From the NCBI GenBank assembly GCA_035401705.1, contig DAONBX010000010.1, positions 34 to 64,033 of the forward strand: 64,000 nt of DNA, given 5' to 3'. Made by a program: the position numbers and the translations under genes. Below are positions 30,047-40,874 of this stretch, piece by piece. This DNA comes from Aeromicrobium sp. (GTDB lineage Bacteria > Actinomycetota > Actinomycetes > Propionibacteriales > Nocardioidaceae). The number at the start of each line of letters is the position of its first letter. Positions within the stretch are counted from its first letter, which is position 1. The notes under the pieces were generated by a model. The model made no database searches and was not told the DNA's origin. It saw only the letters and a program-made list of their open reading frames with translations.

Positions 30047-30478
30047 TTACTTCTTACTCAAGTCAATGCCACATTCTTCCTGCGCATGGGCCACCACTTT
30101 TTCACGATCGGCTTGAGTGTCATTGAAAGCACCGAAAGCCTTGTCTAGGCGATCTATGTCGGCTTGGGAGAGCGCGTTTGCCTGCTCTTCTAACTTTAGT
30201 TCTTCAAGTTTGATCCCGGACTTGTCCAACGCAGAAACAACGTCTGTGGTCGCCTTGGAGATCGAGTTCCATTGGGGCGCAATTGCCGCTGGCGCGACCT
30301 TCGCTACGCTCGCCGCCGCTGCTGCGTTGGCTTCAAAATTGGCTTGAGTGCGCTTGTCGAATTTGGCGAAAACGTCGGCGTTTTCGTTGATCGCATCACA
30401 GTAGGCCCCTCCCCCTGAACAAGCGGTGAGCGAACCAACTGCCAGAACGGAACACAGGAGAAAGGCAATTCGGCGCAC
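30047..30478 (-). CDS. hypothetical helical lipoprotein, divergent from the ECF sigma operon
   Basis: A GTG at 30478 gives VRRIAFLLCSVLAVGSLTAC-SGG (lipobox). The rest is Ala/Glu/Lys-rich and helical, with Cys near both ends of the mature protein. No family recognised. Confidence 0.6.
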   Translation of the reverse strand: MRRIAFLLCSVLAVGSLTACSGGGAYCDAINENADVFAKFDKRTQANFEANAAAAASVAKVAPAAIAPQWNSISKATTDVVSALDKSGIKLEELKLEEQANALSQADIDRLDKAFGAFNDTQADREKVVAHAQEECGIDLSKK

Positions 30479-30530
30479 CCGGACACAATACTGCGGTATC
30501 AGCGTGCCCTCTTCACGCCTCGTCGAGAGT

Positions 30531-31118
30531 GTGCGCACAATAAACCCCGTGACCGACGATGGGCGATGGATTCGTTCCGCAGAAGCCTTCGACCGCTGGC
30601 GTAGCGGCGAACGCGGCGCGATTGACGAACTTGTTCACGAAATGACACCCGTGCTCTGGCATGTTGTTCGTGCCTACCGCCTAGATGAGGACGTCTGCGA
30701 AGACATCGTTCAGTTCACTTGGCTGACTCTCGTTCGCAAAGCAGACAGCGTTGAGAATCCGCGTGCGATCGCAGCCTGGTTGATCATCACCGCGCGACGC
30801 CAGGCTTGGCGAGTGGCCGCCCGCAAGCGTCGTGAGGACCCAGTCGATGAAGAACTTCTCGCCCCTGTCTTACCCAAGACCGCCAGTGCCGAGTCGGTAG
30901 CCGTCGAAACCGACGGAAACCACCGCCTCTGGGCCGCAGTCTCCCGGCTCAATGAACGCTGCCAGCGGCTGCTTCGAGTTATCGCCTTTGACGACCGGCC
31001 CGACTATGAGCATCTATCCCAGGAGATGGGCATGCCGATCGGCAGCATTGGCCCCACCCGACGCCGCTGCCTAGAGAAACTCAAGTCGTCTATGTCTGAC
31101 GAGGGGGCCAAACCATGA
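30531..31118 (+). CDS. ECF-type RNA polymerase sigma factor
   Basis: Region 2 (DELVHEMTPVLWHVVRAYRLDEDVCEDIVQFTWLTLVRK...AWLIITARRQAWRVAARKRRE) and region 4 (LNERCQRLLRVIAFDDRPDYEHLSQEMGMPIGSIGPTRRRCLEKLK). The ORF is open from 30426. Candidate starts are GTG at 30504, 30531 and 30549, so the start is uncertain. Confidence 0.85.
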   Translation: MRTINPVTDDGRWIRSAEAFDRWRSGERGAIDELVHEMTPVLWHVVRAYRLDEDVCEDIVQFTWLTLVRKADSVENPRAIAAWLIITARRQAWRVAARKRREDPVDEELLAPVLPKTASAESVAVETDGNHRLWAAVSRLNERCQRLLRVIAFDDRPDYEHLSQEMGMPIGSIGPTRRRCLEKLKSSMSDEGAKP

Positions 31119-31561
31119 GCGAACGCGAACCGATTTTCGATGACCTTCGCCGAATGTTTGAAGCGTTGGACCCGCCGCCAGAACACCTCGAAGAAGCCAT
31201 GATCGCCGCCGTCGCTGCCGAGGATCTCGATAGTGAATATGCGCTGCTTAGCCTGCTTAGCCGAAACAACGAACTGGTCGGAACGCGTGGCGCCGGCCCG
31301 CTGACGGTCGAGTTTGCCTATAACGATGTGACCGTCTTGCTGCGGGTCACTGACGGGCCGAAAGCAAACACGCGTCGCATTGACGGCTGGATTACGCCAA
31401 GTGCAGACGGAAACGTCCGTCTTGTTGCTGGCGAGAACGAGGTGCGAGCCACCTTGCGCAGTGGTCGATTCGAGATTGAGTCGATCCCCTGCGGTCTTAT
31501 CCGAGTTTGGTTCGAGGTAACAGGTCGAGACGACCTCGCCACCCCAACGTTTGAAGTCTGA
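31115..31561 (+). CDS. 148-aa soluble protein translationally coupled to the sigma factor (candidate anti-sigma factor or protease substrate)
   Basis: The ATG overlaps the sigma stop (ATGA at 31115-31118). Acidic helical N-terminus and beta-rich C-terminus (GRFEIESIPCGLIRVWFEV). No TM helix, no signal peptide and no HxxxCxxC motif. Confidence 0.65.
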   Translation: MSEREPIFDDLRRMFEALDPPPEHLEEAMIAAVAAEDLDSEYALLSLLSRNNELVGTRGAGPLTVEFAYNDVTVLLRVTDGPKANTRRIDGWITPSADGNVRLVAGENEVRATLRSGRFEIESIPCGLIRVWFEVTGRDDLATPTFEV

Positions 31562-31569
31562 GGAGAACC

Positions 31570-33171
31570 ATGGCGACCGAATATCCGAACCGGCCGAAAC
31601 CACCGCTGTTCGAGGCTCAGGACTCTTGGACCAGACCCCGGTCGATCGCCGAACGTGAAGGCCAAGTGCTCGATCCGTCGACTGCTGCGGCCTCGCCAGA
31701 CCCCGAAGCAAGCACCACCACATATCTGTCGACTCGCCTGCTGGTGTCGACCCTGATCGATACTTCGGCCGCACTCGACCTGCTGCGCCGCGCCGGCGAC
31801 ACGTTCCACTGGGACGTTGGCGAGGACGAGTCGTTTGGCCGGGTGCAAATTGATAGCACCGACCAAGAGCGCGAATCTCGGCTCCTGCGTTACCCATGGG
31901 CTACCGGCACGGTCGGTCTGATCCGAGTGATCGTGACTCCTCGCGACGATGCCCGGGCTCGCCCGCCGGATGCGTGGTCGCTGCTACAGACCGCCCGGGC
32001 GATGGCGCGCGGCCAAGAGTTGCTGTATGGCATCGGCCTAGACCACGTCGTGACGCTCTACCCCCATGCGAAGTCGAACCCACACGCGAAGTCCAACCCC
32101 CACGCGAAGTCGAACCCACACGCGAAGTCCAACGGTGCACTAACTGACGCTTATGCCGAACCGGGCACGGGCGGGCGCCAACCCGTGGCCTTCACCGGCC
32201 GGGCTCCGCACCGAACCGAACTGGCCCCCAACGAGCGCGCGCATATTGGCTTCGTTGACACCGGCTGCGGTGAGCATTGGTGGTTAGACCCGAAGTTCGT
32301 CCACGATGGAAGTTTTCTTGGCCCAGTCACGCCGATCGGTCTGGTGGGTGAATCCACCGACCCCGAACGAGTCGGCGACGTTGGCGGGCCGCTTGATGGG
32401 ATGCTCGACGAAGCCTCCGGCCACGGCACTTTCATTGCCGGCCTGCTTCACCAGGGAGCACCAGATGCTGACCTGTGGTGGTGGCGGGTGGCCGAGTCCG
32501 ACGGCACGATGGCCGAATCTGATTTGCTTGTCGTAATCGCCCGGATAGCGCACCTTTTGCGGCTCGACGAAGCAGCAGGTGGGCTGCGCTTGGACGTGCT
32601 CAACCTTTCGTTCGGCTACTACCATGAGACCCCGGTGGACGCGAAGTTCGATCCGACGTTCTACGAGTTGCTCGCCGCGATCGGGCGCACCGGAACCGTG
32701 GTGGTTTGTTCGGCTGGAAACGATGCCACCACTCGGCCGATGTTTCCGGCCGCTTGGAGCAACCACGAGGGTGTCGAGCAAATTATTGCCCTTGACCCAA
32801 TGGCCGCACCGATCGTGGCGGTGGGCGCCCTAAACACCAGCGGGATCACTGATGCGTTGTTTACCAACGCTGGCCCCTGGGTGCGGGCCTACCGGACCGG
32901 CACTGCGCTTTTGAGCACTTTCCCGGCGTTCCAAACAGGTCTTGAACCGACGGCCCGACTACGCACGGCCGACGGCAGGCTGCGTGAATCATTTGACCCT
33001 GACGACTTTCGCAGCGGCTTCGCGATCTGGAGTGGCTCGTCCTTTGCCGCCCCAGTGTTTGCCGCCGAACTTGCGTGCGCTCTTTCCCAAACACGAGTCA
33101 GTCAAGACGACTGGGTGAGCGTGACTGAGCGGGCAACGAGCGCGGTCGAATCTTTGCTCGACATAAAGTGA
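31570..33171 (+). CDS. S8-family (subtilisin-like) serine peptidase, no signal peptide, with N-terminal extension and HAKSNP repeat linker
   Basis: Catalytic motifs are in order: HIGFVDTG (Asp230, nt 32257), SGHGTFIAG (His285, nt 32422), LNLSFG (Asn345) and SGSSFAAP (Ser491, nt 33040). GGAG lies 6-9 nt upstream of the ATG. The N-terminus MATEYPNRPKPPLFE is not a secretion signal. Confidence 0.85.
   Translation: MATEYPNRPKPPLFEAQDSWTRPRSIAEREGQVLDPSTAAASPDPEASTTTYLSTRLLVSTLIDTSAALDLLRRAGDTFHWDVGEDESFGRVQIDSTDQERESRLLRYPWATGTVGLIRVIVTPRDDARARPPDAWSLLQTARAMARGQELLYGIGLDHVVTLYPHAKSNPHAKSNPHAKSNPHAKSNGALTDAYAEPGTGGRQPVAFTGRAPHRTELAPNERAHIGFVDTGCGEHWWLDPKFVHDGSFLGPVTPIGLVGESTDPERVGDVGGPLDGMLDEASGHGTFIAGLLHQGAPDADLWWWRVAESDGTMAESDLLVVIARIAHLLRLDEAAGGLRLDVLNLSFGYYHETPVDAKFDPTFYELLAAIGRTGTVVVCSAGNDATTRPMFPAAWSNHEGVEQIIALDPMAAPIVAVGALNTSGITDALFTNAGPWVRAYRTGTALLSTFPAFQTGLEPTARLRTADGRLRESFDPDDFRSGFAIWSGSSFAAPVFAAELACALSQTRVSQDDWVSVTERATSAVESLLDIK
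32065..32136 (+). repeat. in-frame tandem repeat, 4 x 18 bp (2 x 36 bp higher-order unit), encoding (HAKSNP)x3 plus HAKSNG
   Basis: catgcgaagtcgaaccca cacgcgaagtccaacccc cacgcgaagtcgaaccca cacgcgaagtccaacggt. Units 1 and 3, and units 2 and 4, share the same synonymous variants (tcg/cca versus tcc/ccc). Confidence 0.95.
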
Positions 33172-33172
33172 C

Positions 33173-35629
33173 ATGCCTAAAACGAGTCCGGCCGAACTCC
33201 ATCAGCGCGGTGTAGCAGCAATCAACCGCGGTCATTTTCAGCGCGCCCAGGCCCTGCTAACTCAGGCGCTCGAGCTAGCGGTCGAGCCCGATCTGTTGGC
33301 TCGCGTCAATGCGAGTTTGGCCTACACCCAAGCTGAACTCGGCGACCGCCAAGGAGCTCTAGAACGCTGTGCGGCCGCGATGCGAATCGAGGGCCTATCG
33401 CCTCGAGCCCGCGCAATCGTGCGGTCGCAACAAGCAGTACTGATGTCTCGCGGCGGCGACCTAGCCGCAGTAATCGGGCTTTTTGACTTGGCGCTTCCTG
33501 CGCTTACCCCCGCTTCGACTGAACGCGCAAATGCCCTAGTAAATCGCGGGATCGCACACCTCGAGCTTGGAAAACTCGACTTGGCGAACGATGATTTCGT
33601 CGGGGCCACAGCTGACTATTTGGCCGACGACAACCTCGAAGGGGCCGCGTCGGCCGAACACAACAGCGGTTACGTCCACCTGCTGCAAGGTGACCTAGTT
33701 GGCGCCTTGGAAATGATGGAACGAGCTGAAACCGGCCTGACGTCGGCCGGACTCCAAGTGCGCACGATCGGCATTCAAGACCGGGCGGAAGTGTTGCTCA
33801 GCGCTGGCATGACTCGCGATGCCGTCGAGTTGCTGGAACAGGCCGTCACCAATTTCACCAAATTGCGGCTGCCGCGGATGCGCGCCGAATGCGAAGTGAT
33901 GCTGGGCAGGGCGCTGTTGTGGCTAGATCCTGCTAAGTCACGAATACTGGCTCGGGCGGCTGCCCGTCGTCTCCGTCGGCATGGAAATGACACCTGGGCG
34001 CTGCGGGCAGACACGCTCGAATTGATTGCTGAGAGCACTAGCGGCCGCAACAATCCGAACTGGTTGTCCACCGCCGAAGAACTGTCGGCGCAGTTGCGCA
34101 CCCATCTACTTGCGCACGAAGCCCAGTTATTAGACCTGAATGCCGCCAGAGTCGCAGTCGCGGTCGGTGACCTGACAGTTGCAAGCGAATTGTTGGTGCG
34201 TGGGCGCCCGACCGCGACCGACTCGTTAGCCGAACGGCTACTGGAATGTCGAGCCAAAGCCGACCTAGCGCTCGCGCAGGGGCGTCAGCTCGAAGCCTTG
34301 CGCCAACTTCGTTGCGGCCTCGACCTATTGCACGACTGGCAGTCTTCGTTCGGCAGCCTCGACCTGATGAGTTCGGTGGTTGGCCACGGCCGGTCCCTTG
34401 CTACCACCGGAATTCAACTAGCGATCGCCGACGGGTCGCCGGAGTTGGTCTTCGAATGGTCCGAGCGCGCCCGAGCACTGACCACTCGAGTGGTTCCGGT
34501 GCGTCCGCCACGGGACGAACAACTGGCAGCTGACCTCATCGAAATCCGCACCCTGACTTCGGTAGAGCCAGCGGCCGGTACCAGCGAGGCCGAGCGCCTT
34601 GGCGAACTGCGCGAGCGCGTGCGTAAGCGGTCGTGGTTGGGAGCCGGTTCCGGCGAGGTAAACCGGATTGCTTCGGTGGACGAACTTGTCGAGGCACTCG
34701 GGCCAGATGTCGCCTTGGTCAGCTATCTATGGGATGGCCAGTCGCGACTAACTGCGATTGTTTTAACCGACCAAGCCCAGCAAGTAGTTGAGCTAGGTGA
34801 ATCCGAACCGGTCCGGCACCTGATCGCCGGACTGGCCGCAGATTTGGACATGAACGCCAGTGACCTGAGCGTCACGATGGCCCAAGTTATCCGCGAGAGT
34901 CTGGACCGGAGGCTGGCCGACATCGCCGCGGCGCTGGTGGACCCGATCCTGAGTCAACTAGGCGACCGTCGCGTGGTGATCACTCAGGCTGGCATTCTGG
35001 CCGGAGTGCCGTGGTCGATGCTTGCTGGCTACCGCGGCCGCCCATTGGCGATCGCGTTTACGGCCTCTGGTTGGCTCCAGACGCGCGGCCTCGACTCCCC
35101 CGTAACCTTGGGCTTAGTCGCTGGCCCGCAGGTTTCTCGAGCGGTCGAAGAAGTCGAACTCTCGGCGACCTGTTGGACCGAGGCAACGGTGTTGACCGAC
35201 GCCCGGGCGACCACCGCCGCGGTCCAAGACTTGGCGGCGAAAGTCGATCTCCTGCACATTTCGGCACATGGACGCCATTCGGCGGAGAATCCACTGTTTT
35301 CAGGCGTGCTGCTGGCCGACGGTCCGCTGTTTGGCTACGACCTCGACCAACTGACCACGGTGCCTCAAGTCGTGATTTTGTCGGCTTGCGAGGTTGGTCG
35401 ATCGACCCAACGCTGGGCCGAGGAATCGCTCGGCATGGTCAACGCTTGGCTACACGCCGGCGCGCGCTGCGTAATCGCCTCGCCGGCCGCAGTCGCCGAC
35501 GACGAAGCCTGTGAAGTGCTCTCGCACGTTCACCGCTTGATGGCCGCCGGTGCGGCACCTGCGGTCGCGTTGGCCGAGGCGACGAGTGATCGCCCGACCT
35601 CCTTCCTGGCTTTTGGCGCGGGTTGGTGA
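33173..35629 (+). CDS. TPR-repeat plus CHAT-domain (caspase-like) protease
   Basis: The N-terminal ~480 aa consist of TPR-like helical repeats (e.g. RGHFQRAQALLTQALEL, ASLAYTQAELGDRQGALERCAAAM). The C-terminal CHAT domain has LLHISAHG (His699, nt 35267) and VVILSACEVG (Cys739, nt 35387). The ATG lies 1 nt after the S8 stop. Confidence 0.85.
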   Translation: MPKTSPAELHQRGVAAINRGHFQRAQALLTQALELAVEPDLLARVNASLAYTQAELGDRQGALERCAAAMRIEGLSPRARAIVRSQQAVLMSRGGDLAAVIGLFDLALPALTPASTERANALVNRGIAHLELGKLDLANDDFVGATADYLADDNLEGAASAEHNSGYVHLLQGDLVGALEMMERAETGLTSAGLQVRTIGIQDRAEVLLSAGMTRDAVELLEQAVTNFTKLRLPRMRAECEVMLGRALLWLDPAKSRILARAAARRLRRHGNDTWALRADTLELIAESTSGRNNPNWLSTAEELSAQLRTHLLAHEAQLLDLNAARVAVAVGDLTVASELLVRGRPTATDSLAERLLECRAKADLALAQGRQLEALRQLRCGLDLLHDWQSSFGSLDLMSSVVGHGRSLATTGIQLAIADGSPELVFEWSERARALTTRVVPVRPPRDEQLAADLIEIRTLTSVEPAAGTSEAERLGELRERVRKRSWLGAGSGEVNRIASVDELVEALGPDVALVSYLWDGQSRLTAIVLTDQAQQVVELGESEPVRHLIAGLAADLDMNASDLSVTMAQVIRESLDRRLADIAAALVDPILSQLGDRRVVITQAGILAGVPWSMLAGYRGRPLAIAFTASGWLQTRGLDSPVTLGLVAGPQVSRAVEEVELSATCWTEATVLTDARATTAAVQDLAAKVDLLHISAHGRHSAENPLFSGVLLADGPLFGYDLDQLTTVPQVVILSACEVGRSTQRWAEESLGMVNAWLHAGARCVIASPAAVADDEACEVLSHVHRLMAAGAAPAVALAEATSDRPTSFLAFGAGW

Positions 35630-35630
35630 G

Positions 35631-36451
35631 TTAGCCGAGCAGTGAGAGTGAGTCGTTGACTGCGGCTGCGGCCGCCCGAAGTGAAGCCACGTCGGGCCCC
35701 TTGGCTAGAACGTCTCGAGACGTCGACGGGATGATCGAACCGGTGACCGTGCCGAACAGTCGGCGCAGGTCATCGACCGTTCCGCCTTGGGCACCGAAAC
35801 CTGGCACCAAGATTGGCCCGTTGAAGTCAAGCCGCTGGGTATCTAGGTGGGCGACGGTTGCACCGATGACTGCTCCGAACGAACCCATCGGGGTTGCGCC
35901 CTCGTTGGCTTGGGAAAGTTCGGCGAGGATCTCGTCGCCGACGGTCAGGCCCGAGTCGACCGTGGCCGCTTGGAACTGCATCGCCTCTGGGTTCGAGGTG
36001 AAGGCAAGGACGAAAACCCCAGCGTCATTTTGTTCGGCCGCCGCAAAAAATGGCGTCAGCGAGCCGAAGCCAAGATACGGGCTGACCGTGATCGCATCGG
36101 CAGCCATCGGCGAATCGTCGTCAAGGTACGCCTCGGCGTAGGCTGCAGCAGTTGAACCGATGTCGCCGCGCTTGACGTCAAGAATTGTCAAGGTTCCGGT
36201 GTGGCGAAGGTCTTGCAGCGTTCGCTCCAAGATCGCCACGCCGGCGGCTCCGAAGCGCTCAAAGAAGGCCGACTGCGGCTTAGCGAAGGCGACCTTCCCG
36301 GCGAACGCCTCAACACAGGTCGCGGCGAACTGGTCGAGCCCGTCGATTGAGTCGTCCAGTCCCCACTGCTGGAGTAGGTGCGCGTGCGGATCGATGCCAA
36401 CGCACAGCGGCCCGTAAGCCGACATCGCCACTGCAGCGCGCGAACCGAACG

Positions 36452-36455
<4 letters not shown>
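35631..36455 (-). CDS. pyrF: orotidine 5'-phosphate decarboxylase (type 2)
   Basis: [10 protein letters not shown]...[12 protein letters not shown]...; 274 aa actinobacterial long form. The start overlaps the carB stop. Confidence 0.92.
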
Positions 36456-39758
<3,303 letters not shown>

Positions 39759-39766
<8 letters not shown>

Positions 39767-40874
39767 GAGCGGCCTCCATTACTTCTGCGAAACGGTCGAA
39801 CAGGTAGGCCGCGTCGTGCGGACCAGCAGCTGCCTCTGGGTGGTATTGGACGCTGAAGCCGGGACGCTCCAGCAGAGCGATGCCTTCGACGACGTCGTCG
39901 TTGAGGCAAACATGGGTAACTTGGGCAGGACCATAGGCCGTGTCGAACGTGCCTTCCAATGGGGCGTCGACCGCGAAGCCGTGGTTGTGCGCAGTGATTT
40001 CCACCCGTCCGGTGGTGCGATCTTGGACTGGCTGGTTCACGCCGCGGTGGCCGTACTTGAGTTTGTAGGTTCCTCGGCCAAGTGCACGGCCAAAAATCTG
40101 GTTGCCAAGGCAGATGCCGAAGTATGGAATGCCTCGGTCCAAGACTGCCTGAACGACCGCCACTTGATGGTCGGCGGTGGCCGGGTCGCCCGGGCCATTG
40201 GACATGAACACGCCATCGGGGTTGATGGCCACTACGTCTTCGAATGTCGAGTCGGCTGGCAGCACGTGGACTTCTATTCCGCGCTGGGCCATCAACTTGG
40301 GCGTCATACCTTTGATCCCAAGGTCGAGCGCCGCGACGGTGAATTTCTTTTCGCCGACTGCCGGCACGACATACGCCTCGGGCGCGGTTACGTCGGCCAG
40401 GAAGTTCGAGCCGGTCATCGCCGGCGCCTGCCGCACCTGAGAGAGCAAGGTTTCAGCGTCGAGCACTTCGGTGCTGATCGCGGCTCGCATCGAACCGCGT
40501 TCGCGCAAGTGACGGGTCAGCGCCCGCGTGTCGATGTCGCTGATGCCGACAACTTCGTTGTCGACTAACAGGTCGTCGAGGCTGCGGTCGGCTCGCCAGT
40601 TCGACGGCAGCCTCGCCGGGTCCCGAACGACGTAGCCGTCGACCCAAACTTGGCGCGATTCAAAATCGGTGGCGTTCGCACCGGTGTTGCCGATGTGTGG
40701 GGCCGTCATCACCACTATCTGGCCCCGGTACGAAGGGTCAGTCAACGTCTCTTGGTAACCGGTCATGCCGGTGTTGAATACGATCTCGGCGATCGTCGTT
40801 CCAGTCGCACCATAGGAACGCCCATGGAACGTCCGACCATCCTCAAGCACCAGAATTGCGGGCACTGAACTCAC
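39759..40874 (-). CDS. carA: carbamoyl-phosphate synthase small subunit
   Basis: [18 protein letters not shown]... and glutamine amidotransferase motif GICLGNQ...HNHG. Confidence 0.95.

Noticed and set aside
30449-30474. ECF-type promoter-like motif GGAAC-N17-CGGC upstream of the sigma gene
   Set aside because: The -10 element does not match the usual CGTC/CGTT, it lies inside the lipoprotein coding sequence, and a single GGAAC is expected by chance. Kept only as a hypothesis for TSS mapping.
31004-31897. 297-aa minus-strand ORF (and 182-aa ORF at 31318-31866) inside the accessory block
   Set aside because: It is antisense to the sigma, partner and S8 genes, which carry the real motifs. It is Arg/Gly/Ser-rich with no start context. 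Treated as a shadow ORF, although antisense transcription from the pyr operon side is conceivable.
32065-32136. Possibility that the 18-bp tandem repeat is a mini CRISPR array or a non-coding satellite
   Set aside because: The units are directly adjacent with no spacers, are in frame within a long ORF, and differ only at synonymous positions. It is a coding tandem repeat.
30018-35630. Mobile-element hallmarks around the accessory block (integrase, transposase, tRNA target, flanking direct or inverted repeats)
   Set aside because: None was found by eye at either boundary, so I do not call it a genomic island or mobile element, only a synteny break.
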